Part shown: piece after piece, positions 22,855 through 35,456 of the stretch
Layout of the letters: every line of letters begins with the position of its first letter
How positions within the stretch are numbered: the first letter of the stretch is position 1
NCBI RefSeq assembly: GCF_963921235.1
Contig: NC_086108.1
Span: forward strand, 56,980,001 to 57,044,000
Length of the DNA stretch: 64,000 nucleotides
Source of the DNA: Mobula hypostoma
Lineage: Eukaryota
Reading direction: 5' to 3'
The notes under the pieces: model-generated
Seen by the model: only the letters and a program-made list of their open reading frames with translations
What the model was told of the DNA's origin: nothing
Databases searched by the model: none
Program-made: the position numbers and the translations under genes

Positions 22855-24437
22855 AGGAGAGCGTGGTTAACAAGACCATGGAAGAGAGGGAAGCAGGGAG
22901 GAGCACCAGAGGGAGGCAATGAGATATGGTGAGAGACGGAAAAGGGGATAGGGTCTGGTGAAGAAGAGGGTGGGGGGTCATTACCGGAAGTTCAAGAAAT
23001 GCAACACCTTGTATTCCATCGGTAGCCTCCAACCAGATGGCATGAGCATCGATTTCTCGAACTTCCTGTAATGGCCCCCAGAAACCTGCCCTTTTTCCTT
23101 CACCAGTCCCCATCTCCTTTCCCCTCTCTCACCTTATCTCCTTCCCTGCCCATCACTTCCCTCTGGTGTTCTTCCCCTCTTTACTTTCTTCCAAGACTAC
23201 TATCCCACCTATCAAACTCCTCCTTATACAAACATAGAAAATAGGTGCAGGAGTAGGCCATTCGGCCCTTCGAGCCTGCACCGCCATTCAGTATGATCAA
23301 CTCAGAACCCTGTACCAGCCTTCCCTCCATACCCCCGATCCCTTTAGCCACAAGGGCCATATCTAACTCCCTCTTAAATATAGCCAATGAACTGGCCTCA
23401 ACTGTTTCCTGTGGCAGAGAATTCCACAGGTTCACCACTCTCTGCGTGAAGAAGTTTTTCCTCATCTCAGTCCTAAAAGGCTTCCCCTTTATCCTCAAAC
23501 TGTGACCCCTCGTTCTGGACTTCCCCAACATCAGGAACAACCTTCCTGCATCTAGCCTGTCCAATCCCTTTAGGATTTTATACGTTTCAATAAGATCCCC
23601 CCTCAATCTTCTAAATTCCAATGAGTATAAGCCTAGTCGATCCAGTCTTTCATCATATGAAAGTCCTGCCATCCCAGGAATCAATCTGGTGAACCTGCTT
23701 TGTACTCCCTCTATGGCAAGGATGTCTTTCCTCAGATTAGGGGACCAAAACTGCACACAGTACTCCAGGTGTGGTCTCACCAAGGCCTTGTACAACTGCA
23801 GTAGTACCTCCCTGCTCCTGTACTCGAATCCTCTTTCTATGAATGCCAGCATACCATTTGCCTTTTTCACCGCCCGCGGTACCTGCATGCCCACTTTCAA
23901 TGACTGGTGTATAATGACACCCAGGTCTCGTTACACCTCCCCTTTTCCTAATCGGCCACCACTCAGGTAATAATCTGTTTTCCTGTTTTTGCCACCAAAG
24001 TGGATAACTTCACATTTATCCACATTAAATTGCATCTGCCATAAATTTGCCCACTCACCTAACCTATCCAAGTCACCCTGCATCCTCTTAGCATCCTCCT
24101 CACAGCTAACACTGCTGCCCAGCTTCGTGTCATCTGCAAACTTGGAGATGCTGCATTTAATTCCCTCATCTAAGTCATTAATGTATATTGTAAACAACTG
24201 GGGTCCCAGCCCTGTATCACTTTCAACAATCAACTTCTCAGATATTTACTTCATCCCTCCCCCTCCCGGTTTCACCTATCACCTTGTGTTTCCATCTCCC
24301 ACTCCCACCTTTTAAATCTACTCCTCATCTTTTTTTCTCCAGTCCTGCCAAAAGGTCTCAGCCTGAAACATTGACTGCTTTTTTCCTTAGATGCTACCTG
24401 GCCTGCTGAGTTCCTCCAGTATTTTATGTGTGTTGCA
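22855..24437 (+). mobile_element. Penelope-like element with an inverted 5' segment (about 22855-23000 on -), interrupted by a CR1
   Basis: caacaccttgtattcc..gtagcctccaaccagatggcatgagcatcgatttctcgaacttcctgtaa at 23002-23071 (SLQPDGMSIDFSNF); inverted cattaccggaagttcaagaaat just upstream; pLTR tail at 24340-24437. Confidence 0.75.
23228..24211 (-). mobile_element. Young 5'-truncated CR1 LINE
   Basis: ORFs 23931..24233 (LGPQLFTIYINDL, KFADDTKLG) and 23181..23900 (ALVRPHLEYC, FFTQRVVNLWN). Confidence 0.92.
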
Positions 24438-25184
24438 AGGAAGTCTCTGTTTTCTTTGATGGAGGTGAGCACAGAAGAGGCAGTACAAAAGTATTTAAGA
24501 TGTTCTGCAGTAGGATAAAGGATGCTAGGAGTTATTTTTACATTGTGAATGATCCAGAAGTAATGAGCAGTTTTTGTCAGGCCAGATCTTGCGTGCCTTT
24601 TTGTAGTCTAGAGATTTTTCACAGTGTATGTCTTAACCAGTTATCTGTCAGGTGCATTCAAATTTGTGGACCGTAGCATGAAGACAAGGTGAGGGCCGTA
24701 CCTGGGAGCATGTGCAGGCTGAACACAAGTATTCAGAAGAGATTAATTCAGGATAGGAGTATACACAACAAACTAGGTTAAATTATTGCCCTTCTACTTA
24801 AATTCCTATCCAATGCCACAGGTGAATGGAATGTATTCTGAGTCATGTTTCTTGGATTTAAGTTTAGCCTAGTTATCAGTTATTGCTCTCAGAAAGGGCT
24901 AGGCAGGTAGTACATAATCAAAGTAAAGTCCTACATTCCATTTGACTTATATGTTTGCACATGCACACAAAGTGCATTGTAAATGTCAATCCCCAAGGAA
25001 GTTCTCCACCTTTTCAAATACAACCTGTATTCCACAGGCATAGTACATTCTAACTGCATGCATGCAAAAATTGAAATACTTGGTCCTGAATTACATCAGA
25101 AACACTTTAATATTTGGACGCAAATACATAACATGCAAGTATCATTACCTTGATTGTAAATATGTTTTTGATTTTGATTTTTGA

Positions 25185-27150
25185 GGGCGCACCAGCAGGG
25201 GTGACAGAGCAGCAATGGCTGGAGTTTCTGGGAGCAATTTTTAAGGCGCAGGATAAATAAGTTCCGAAGAAGAAGTATTCTAAAGGCAGGATGGTGCAAC
25301 TGTGGTTGACAAGGGAAGTCAAGATCAATATAAAAGCAGAAGAGAGGGAATGTAATAGAGCAAAAATGAGTGGGAAGATAGAGGACTGGGAAGCTTTTAA
25401 AAACCAACTGAAAGCAACTAAAGGAGGGAAAAGATGAAATCAAAGGGGATACCAAAAAGAGTAAAAGAGAGGTGACTGTAGTATCGGATCACTGGAAAGG
25501 AAGTAATGGGGTACAAGGAAGTGGTGGACAAACTACATAAGCATTTTGCATCCATCTTCACTAAGGAAGCCAATAATAGTATGGTAGAAATTTGAGAGTG
25601 TCGTGGCAGAAATAAGTGTAATTGCTATTACTATGGAGAAGGTGCTTGGGAAGCTGAAAGGTCTGAATGTGGATAAGTCAACTGAACCGGATGGACTACC
25701 CTCAGGGTTCTGAAAGAGGTGGCTGGGGAGATTGTGGAGGTATTGGCGGATGGAGGAATCACTAGATTGTGGAATGGTTCTGAAGGACCTTAAAATCGCA
25801 AATGTGACTCCGCTCTTCAAGAAGGGAGGGAGGCAGAAGAAAGGAAATTATGACCTAGTTAGCTTAACTTCAGGGGTTGGCAAGATGTTGGAGTCCATTA
25901 TTAATGATGAGGCTTTGGGGTACTTGGAGGCACGTCATAAAAGAAGATCAAAGTCAGCATGGTTTCCTCAAAGGAAAATCTTGCCTGATAAATCTGTTGG
26001 AATTCTTTGAGAAAATAACAAGCAGGGTAGACAAGGGAGAATCAAAGCAAAGCATGTTGTGTACTTGGATTTTCAGAAGGACTTTGACAAGGTGCTACAC
26101 ATGAGGCTGCTTAACAAGCTATGAGCCCAGGGAATTACAAGAAAGATACTAGCATGGATAGCAGATTAGCTGATTGGCAGGAGGCAAAGAATGGGAATAA
26201 ATGGAGCCTTTTCTGTTTGGCTGCTGGTGATTTATGTCAATGATTTGGATGACAGAATTGATGACTTTGTGGCCAAGTTTGTGGGTGGTACGAAGGTAGG
26301 TGGAGGAAGCTGGGAGGCAGCAAAAGTATGTAGATTAGGAGAATGGGCAAAGAAGAGGCAGACGGAATAGTGCTGGGAAGTGTCTGCTCATGCACTTAGG
26401 TAGAAGAAATGGAAGCGTACACCATTTTCTAAATGGGCAGCAAATTCAAAAATCCGAGGTGCAAAGGGAATTGGGTGTCCTCATGCCGGATTCCCTAAAG
26501 TTTAACTTGCAGGTTGAGTCAGTGGTGAGGAAGGCAAATACAAAGTTAGCAATTACTTCAAGAGGACTAGAACATAAAGGCAAAGATGTAATGTTGGGGC
26601 TGTATAAGGAGTATTGTGAGCAGTTGAGGGGCCCTTATCCAAGAAAGGATATGCTGAAGGTTCAGAGGAGGTTCATGAGAATGATTCTGGGAATGAAAGG
26701 GTTACTATATGGGGAGTGTTTGATGGCTCTGGGCCTGTACTCGTTGGAGTTTAGAAGAATGAGGGAGGACTCTCGTTGAAACCTATTGAATGTTGAAAGG
26801 CCAAGATAATGTATGTGGAGAGGATATCCTATGATGGGTGAGTCTAGGACCAGAGGACACAACCTCATAATAAAGAGAGATCATTTAGAATAGAGATGAG
26901 GCAGAATTTCTTTAGCCAGACGATGGTGAACCTGTGGAATTTGTTGCCACAGGCAGCTGTAGAGGCCAGGTCATTGGGTGTATTTAAGGTGAAGGTTGAT
27001 ACGTTTTTGATTAGTCAGGGCATGGAAGGTTATGGGGAGAAGGCAGGAGAATGGGGTTGAGAAGGAAAATGGATCAGCCATGATGAAATGTCAGAGTAGA
27101 CTCAATGGGCTGAATGGCCTAATTCTGCTCCTCAATTTTATGGTCTTATT
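25185..27150 (+). mobile_element. Decayed CR1 LINE
   Basis: ANVTPLFKKG, QHGFLKGKSCL and LGLYSLEFRRMR motifs; CR1-type 3' end. Confidence 0.88.
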
Positions 27151-27990
27151 CAAAGGTTCAAAGTACATTTAATATCAAAGAATGTATAATTTATACAACC
27201 TTGAGATTTGCCTGCTTACAGGCAGCCACAAAGCAAGAAACCTGAAAGGACCAATTAAAAAAAATAAAGACCAACAACCAATGCGCAGTGGAAGAGAGAA
27301 TAAAAAAACGCATCACGCAAACAATAGAAGCAAGCAACAGCATTCCAAACCAAATTGAGTCCTCAGATCTGAATCCCAGAGCAGGCCCAAAGCCTCAGTC
27401 TCGGTCCATCATATTAGAGGGGCAAATTGCTGCAAAACACACAGATAGAAAGCACAGCAGCTGGGCAGTCTCATAGCCTCAGTGTGAAATCTGCCCCACC
27501 CTCATCTCCGGTCCTGGCACTCTGCTTTTCCAGTCTATTTCAGCTGGCATTTAAATTGTATCAAACAGCAGATCGTGCCTCCCATTAATACCTGAGACCG
27601 CCTCATCGAAATGCCCTGGGCCTAGACCATGCCACCCAGCGATTCAGTCTGGACCTGGACTTCGCTGCCCAGCCTGAAGTGGTTCTTAACCATTCCAAAT
27701 CCACTCAGTGCTTAGAATGATCCGATCTCACACCCAGGTTAGCTAATCGGGCATCGAAACTCCTCGGCTTTGACTCCTCCTCTCCGAATCATTCACTCCA
27801 ACACCATCTGCATTGATTTTGCAACACACCATTATGGCTGATCCCTCACACTTGCTTTGCTTTCGCTCGCCTCTTCATTGCTCACAGTGATAGTTTACCA
27901 CCGTTTATGGTAATAAAGGTGTTACTAATAATGTTTTTACTCGAATTTCTTCCCTTTCAAAAGCTGTGGCTTGCCTTCATTAGCGCCACC
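27151..27990 (-). mobile_element. Non-autonomous element with a Rex1-like 3' tail
   Basis: Tail (caaaggttcaaagtacattt..atacaaccttgagatt) is shared with the element at 13103-13180; no coding capacity. Confidence 0.45.
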
Positions 27991-29714
27991 TGTTAGGTAC
28001 TTATTATTTAAATTCCTATATATATATAAAATAAATATGTCCTGAAAGACTTGACAGCCTATAAACCTGTCAGGAGTGCTTTAACTCTTTTGTTGGGGAT
28101 CTTTCTATGCAACAGTACCAACCGCTCACTAACTTCCTCCTTTCTCAGTCCAGGATGCAAACTATATTTAGCAAACTATATTTGTTTATCAATGTAATTA
28201 AGCGCTCTACACTGGGGAGATGAAATACAGGTTGAGTGATCACTTTATGGACCGCCTCTATTCAGTCTACATATTACCCTGAGCTTCCAGTCACTCAACC
28301 TTTGACTCCTCTGTCCTCACTAATACTGTTCCAACCGAGCTCAAGGAACAGTGCATAGAGACTGAATTCTCTCAGCTCTTTATGAAAAAAAGATATAATC
28401 TGTTTGGAGGAAATGACTTTTAAACACATAAGAACACGAAGAAATAAGCAGAAACAACCCATTCAGATTTATTAACCATTTGACTGTTCAGTAATGGCAA
28501 ATAGGAAATTTCTATTGGACACTTCCTGTCTTGAGCATCCTTTTGATCCCTGATGTCTTTTGAGAGACACATAACAACATCACTCTGAACTCAATATTCT
28601 GTGTCCTTGAAGAACCTGTTATTGGTATTCAAAGGACAACTTGTTTTTATTACCATGGTGATCACCTATGAGCCAACAAGATAAGGAAAGTACTTTTGCC
28701 TTCATCATATGATACTTCTCCACAGCACTAAAGCCAATGGCAACACCTCAACTTCTAGCCTCTCTCATGATATTTTCTCTGAGCTGTGCTGCCTCTAGAG
28801 CCATGATACCCCACCCCTAATATTACTGCCATTCACTTCCTCACAATCTCCATCCCGCCCCGACATCTCTTTGTCAATATTCCTGATTTCATAACCAAAT
28901 TCAATGTTCTGTTCTCCACCTCCAATACTTCCCACCGTTCAAATGCCATTCAGGTCCATCCACCTTCCCCTGTCATGCCTTCCGGCTGGTGTGATGCCCA
29001 CCACGGATTATGGACCTTCAGGCACCCAAGGTTTTACCAGCCACAGGCTCATGTTAGTTGTAGACCTCCCAAGCCCAGTTTCAGGAGAGGAAGGAAAGAC
29101 TACACATTTCTGCCTTCAGGAATGATCACAATAACTCGTAGCCAAGGCTTTGACCTTCTACTACAGTTGATACAACAGCAAAAATGGAAAATTTTCCACC
29201 AAATCCTGGCATTTCAGTACATTGGCATATTGAAAAAATCCAGAAGATCTGCATTTCCTGGATTTTGTTTCATATCTCCACTGCTTACTTACATTTCTCT
29301 GGTGATTTCAGATAAATGTTCTGCATTGTAACTTTTCCAGTTTTGTTTTCTATAATCCTCATTCACCTTACTCTATCTCCCCTTTAATCATTTAATCTCT
29401 CCTGTTTTCCACTCTGTAGTGTACTCCTCGTTTGTTCTCTCACCATCCTCTTACTCTGCATCATAAAACTGATTTCGGAGCTTTTCTTTTCAGTTCTGAT
29501 GAAAAATCATTGATCTGAGCCGTTAACTCAGCTTTTGATGTAGTCTGACCTCCTGAGTATTTCCAGAAATCTTCATTCCCTTTTTTGGTTCAAATAACTT
29601 CACTTGACTTTCTTCAGCTCTGTTACCAAAGGTTCAATATATAAGAACATTCAAGCATAACACCCCAGGACTGACCTCGCTGACCCCACCAAATTCTGGT
29701 TTGCCAATGAAGAA

Positions 29715-31900
29715 GATTGGAGCAGATCCTGTACTTCACTTACTTCATAATTCAGGATTGTGCCGTATCATTTCCAGCACACAGGCGTAAGGGAAAACAA
29801 AATAATTGTTACTCCAGATCCAGTGCAGCACAAAGAAACACAATAATAAAAAAAACACACACAATAAATACATTGGATGGCTTATATGATTATATGGGTG
29901 CACATAAAATGATTATATGATTTAATTATATGTGTGTACATAAAATGATGCTAGGTACAGGATTGTCTGTGCATAAGGTGACTTTGACAGGAAATGATAA
30001 CGTCATGGTGGAGGTGGGTGTGGTGGGTGGAGGTGTTGATCAGCCTTACTGCTTGGGGAAAGTAACTGTTTTTGAATCTAATGGTCCTGACATGGATGTT
30101 TCATAGCCTCCTCTCCGATGGAGTGGGACAAACAGTCCACAAGCAGCTTGGTTAGGCTCCTTCTTGTTACTGCTGGACTTTATCTGGCACTTTTCCATAT
30201 ACATGTCCTTGATGACGGGTATGCTGGAGCTGGTGAGGTGTTGGGCAGTTTTGACTACTCATTGCAGAGCCTTCTTGCCTGCCACAGTGCAGTTTCCATA
30301 TCATACAGATATGCAACTTGTTAGAATGTTTTCTACTACATATCTGTAGAAGGTCACAAGTATTAATGAGCATAGGCCAGTTCTCTTCAGTATCCTCAGA
30401 AAGGAGAGGCTCTGGTGAGCTTTTTGATTGTGTAAGATGTGTTCTGGAACCATGAGAGGTTGTGCGAGATGTGCACCCCCAGTATTGTGAAACTGCTCAC
30501 AGTTTCCACTGCTGGGCCGTTGATGTAAAGAGGGGTGTGAGTGGTGTGAGTTCTCCAGAAATCAATAACCATCTCCTTTGTCTTGTTGACGCTGAGCAAG
30601 AGATAACGTGCCTGGCACAGAGCTCAGATTCCTCCACCTCCTCTCTGCAGGCTGTCTCACTGTTGTTGGTGATGAGCCCCTCCACTGTTATGTTATTGGT
30701 GAACTTGGCAATGTGAGTACTTGGGTGTTTGGCCATGCAGTCACAGGTGGGCAGACTGGAGAACAGTGGGCTCAGCACACAGCCCTGGGGTGTGCCCCTG
30801 TTGATGACGATGAGAGGGAGGATATCTGAGGTCTGTTATGAAGTTCAACGCCCTGTTGCACAGTGGTGTATTTAGACTGAGGAGTAGGGGCTTGTACACG
30901 AAAGTTTGTGGGACAATAGTGTTGAATGCTGAACTGAAACCCAGGTACAGTATTTTGACATAAGTATCTTTATTTTCTAGGGGTATCAAAGCCAGGTGCA
31001 TGACAGAAGTTATGGCATCTGCTGTAGAGCAGTTCTGTTCGTAATCATATTGGTGAGTGTCCAGTGTGACAGGAATGGAAGTTTTGATGTGTGCAATTAC
31101 CAGCTGTTCAAAGCACTTCATGATGATTGAAGTTAGTGCCACTGGGTGGAAGTCGTGCGGTTCTGATGTTGTCGAATTCTTCGGTACTGGGATGATGGTG
31201 GCTGATTTGAAGCATATGGAGACAGATGCCCAGATGAGTGAAGCATTGAAGATATCTGTGAAGATGTTAGTGAGCTGGTAGGCACACTCTGTGAGTACTC
31301 AGCCCATGATGTTGTCTGACCCTGCAGTCTTACGGGGTTTATGCTCCGCAGAGTCCTTCTCCCGTTTGTTGCTGTTGCTGACAGTGGCTGCTCCCCTGCA
31401 AGGAGGGTAGCTTTCGTGGCTGATGTTGTGACACATGCTTCAAAGTTGCTTAGACCATTGAAGAGTGTGGCATCACTGGTACAGTTAATGCTGTGTTCCC
31501 CTTGCGTAGTCAGTAATGCCCTTGATACCCAACCACATATGCCAGGGATTCCTACTTGAACAGGTATTCCTGAATTCTTTTGTGCATAGGAAGTCTTTGC
31601 CCTCTTGATGACTAGAATGAGGTTTCTCCTAGCTGGTTGGAGAACTGCTCTGTCTTCAGACTTGAAGGCAGTGCCTTGGGCTTTTAATAGGGAGTGCAAC
31701 TCTGTGTTCAGCCAGGGCTTCTGGTTGGGCTGTGACGTGACTGTTCTTGAGGTACCGACATCCGGGTGTGATGTAGCCAGTGTCAGGTGAGTCACATTCC
31801 TCAAGGTCTGCATCTTCTCCATTTGCAGCAAAGTGGAAGTTGCAGTAAGACCAAGATTAAAGCAAGGATATCCTGTAGTCAGTGAGACCTCTGGAGACAC
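29715..31900 (-). mobile_element. Decayed Rex1/Babar-like LINE
   Basis: NQKPWLN, ALTSIIMKCFEQLV, FSSAFNTIVP and LSVNKTKEMVIDF motifs. Confidence 0.85.
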
Positions 31901-32399
31901 CTCTGCTTACTACAGATCAGGTAGACTGGGTTGACTGTGATGGAGTCAAACCAGATGAGTGAGACCTCTGTAGTGACACTTTTCCAGAAACGTCTTCCCA
32001 AAACATAGTTCCCCTTTACACAATAGGGGTGCCTGAGACAAACAAGATAACATAATGATGTGAAACATGCCCAATAACTAAGGCTCTGCTGTCCTTACTT
32101 GCTTCAAAATATTATCAGCTGTCCGCTTGAAGTTTTGATTGACTTTAACACCTCTAATGTGAGTGGCAATTGAACTTGCGAGTAAGCAATTAAAACATGT
32201 AGAATTTACAATGATCAATATCTGCAACTGATAAGTTAATTTTGTATAAAATAGTAGTTTACTGTTCAGAACAGTGTGGGTGACAGGGGCCGATACTGTT
32301 CTCCTTGTGCACAAGTAAAATAAAAACAAATGCATGAGTCGTAACAGTGTGCGTGTTCTGGGACCATTTATTTTAGTTATTTTATTCTATTGTTGACAA

Positions 32400-35310
32400 T
32401 GACAATTACTTCAACAGCAGTCTCCTTGACTTCATATCCGATTCCCATTTTCCATGATTCCTTAGAGTCTAAATTCTATTGATCTCAGCACTGACACACA
32501 TAGCCCTGAAGTAGAGAATACCAAAGGTCTTCACCCCTCTCAATAATGAAGTTTTTCCATATTTTAAAATATTGACATCTTATCTTGTGACTATTCCCTC
32601 AAGCTGCTATCTCTCCAACCAGAGAAAGAAGCCACACAGCATCTACTGCTGACTATGCTTCTCAGGAATATGTTTCAATGAAATAACATCTCAGTCCTTT
32701 GAAAGGCAGTAAGTACAGGCCAATTCCAGGAATCAATTGAATGTACTTTGTGTTATCTGCAGGTGACCATAGCCTTTCTGAGCTATGTTGGCCTAACCTT
32801 CATAGTGCATTGCAGGTGTGGTTTCAACAAAACATCCAATAAATGCCTGAAGACTTCTTGTCCTCCAGATCCCTTCTGATAACAACATACCATACATCTT
32901 TCTAATTGCTTATTGTACATTCATGTCAACTTACAGCATACTTGGATCATAAATGTCTACTTTTGCACCATCCAAAAATATTTTGTTTTCCTATAATATC
33001 TACTAAAGAGAAAAAAGACATCGGACATCTTCTTGCCCAGCCATTTGACCTCTCTTTGTATTTACTATATACTTTTGTACCTAGTTCTGCGTCATCAGCA
33101 AATTTGGATGCCCCATATTGATCGTTTCATCTAATGCATGGAATCATAATACAAAACAGCATGGATGCAGGCCCTTCAGTCCAACAAGCCCACGTCAACC
33201 ATGGTGTCCATGGCAGTTAGAACATAGACCATAAAATAATACAGCACACGAACAGGACATACAGCTCCCAATGTGGTGCCGAACCAATTAAATGGCCAAC
33301 TAAACTAACCCGTTCTGTCAACACAATGACTAACCATTTCCTTCACATTCATGTGCCTATTTAAAAGTCTCTTAAAAGTCCGTAATCTATTGGCCTCTCC
33401 CATCACCCAGGATAGTGCATGCCAGGCACCCAACACTGTCTGTGTAAATATTTACCCTCACATCTCCGTTGAACTTATTCCCTCTCACCTTAAATATATG
33501 CCCTCTGGTATTAGACATTTCAACCCTGGGAAAAAAAGAGGCGCTACCTATGCCTCTCGTAATCTTATATACCTCTATCAGATAGACCTTGTGCAAGATT
33601 CCCTAAAGATCCCTGGCAGGCTGAGTTGGAAGTTAGGAAGGCAAATGCAATGTTAGCATTCATTTTGAGAGAGCTAGAATATAAGAGAAGGATGTAATAC
33701 TGAGGCTTTATAAGGCATTGGTCAGATCTCACTTGGTGTATTGTGAGCAGTTTTTGACCCCTTATCTAAGAAAGGGTGTATTAGCATTAATGAGGGTCCA
33801 GAGGAGGCTAACAAGAATGAATCCGGGAATTAAAGGGTTAATGTACGAGCAGCATTTGATGTGCTGGGTCAGTACTCACTGGAGTTTAGAGAACGAGGTG
33901 GATCTCATTGAAACTTATCGAATATTGAAAGGCCTAGACAGAATGCATGTGGAGAGGAAGTTTCCTATGGTGGATGATTCTAGGACCAGAGAGCACAACT
34001 TCTGAACAGAGGGACATCCATTTAGAACAGAGTTGAGGAAGAATTTCTTTAGCCTGAGGATGGTGAATATGTGGAATTCATTGCCACAGACAGTTGTAGA
34101 GGCCAAGTCATTGGGTATATTTAAAGTGGAAGTTGATAGGTTCTTGATTGGTCAGGGCTTCAATGGTCAGGCAGGAGCTAGGAGAATGGGGATGAGAGGC
34201 CTTATAAACCAGCCCTGATGGAATGGTGGAGCAGACTGTCTGGGCCGAATTTTGCTAATATGTCTTATGGTCTTATTACGATCTTCTTTATAATCTTCAA
34301 GGGCTCTGTTTAATTTTAACCCCCTAAATTTTGTATATATTTCTGTTTTTTTTTCTTTACTAAATTCATCAGCTCTCAACATCCAAGGTTTCCTTACTTT
34401 CCCATCCTTGTCCCTCCTTCTGACTGGAACATGCCTGCCCTGTACTTTGTGCAGATGTCACATGTTAGATGTGAACTTGCTTAAAAACAGCTGTTCCCAG
34501 TTGGCTCTCCATAGTTCCTGTCTAATGCTCTCATAATTTTTACTACTCCAATATAAAATGCTCCTGCAATGTTACTTATCCTTATCAATAGCTATCTTAA
34601 AGCTTAAAGATTTGCGCTCACTGTTCCTTAACTGCTCACTCACTGAAAGGTCAACCTTCCATCTCTCCAATTTCCGACCTGGTGCTCTGGTTCCCATTCC
34701 CCTGCTAAAACCAGTTAAAACCTCCCAGTTGCACCAGCCACGATATTGGTTCCCCTCCAGTTTAGGTGCAACTTGTCCTCTCGTACAGGTCATCCATGCC
34801 CCAGAAGATCCAATGATCTAAGAACCTGAAACGCTGTCCCCTGCACTAGTTTCTCAGCCACTTTTTCATCTGTACTATAATCCTATTCCTGCCCTGACTA
34901 GCATGTGGCATTGGGAGCAAGCAATCAGAGTTTCCTACCTTGGAGTTCCTGCGCTTCAGCCTCTTTCGTAACGCTCTATACGCACTGCACAGTAGCTCTT
35001 CCCCTTTCTATGTCATTGGTGATGCACTACGACCTCAGACTGTTCACCCTCGCCCTTAAGAACATTCAGCAACTGCTCTGAGACATCCTGGACTCTAGTA
35101 CCTGGGAGGCAAGACACTATCCTGGCATCTCTTTCGTGGCCACATAAATCTCCTGTCTGTCATTCTCCCCACCCCCAGCAGTATCGAAGTGGGTATACTT
35201 GTAGATGAGGAGAATGGCCACAGGGGAATCTTACACCAACTCTTGCTCTCCTTACTTTTCCTGGTGGTCACCCGTCTTCTATCTGAAGCCTGCTAACTGG
35301 GTGTGATTAA
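32400..35310. mobile_element. Cluster of CR1 fragments in mixed orientation (33585-34275 on +, the others on -)
   Basis: ORFs 33387..33596, 33718..34005 and 34033..34218; ORF1-type remnant at about 34700-35150. Confidence 0.75.
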
Positions 35311-35456
35311 CTTAACATACAGAGGTTTATTGGTAAATGATTTATTATTGTTGTATGTACTGAGATATGGTGAAAAACTTGTCTCGCATACCATTCATAC
35401 ATATCAATTCATTACCACAGTGCATTAAGGTTGTACAAGGTAAAACAATAACGTAA

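Noticed and set aside
28500..29300. Possible very old Penelope internal region or unannotated exon
   Set aside because: Too degraded to support either call from the sequence alone.
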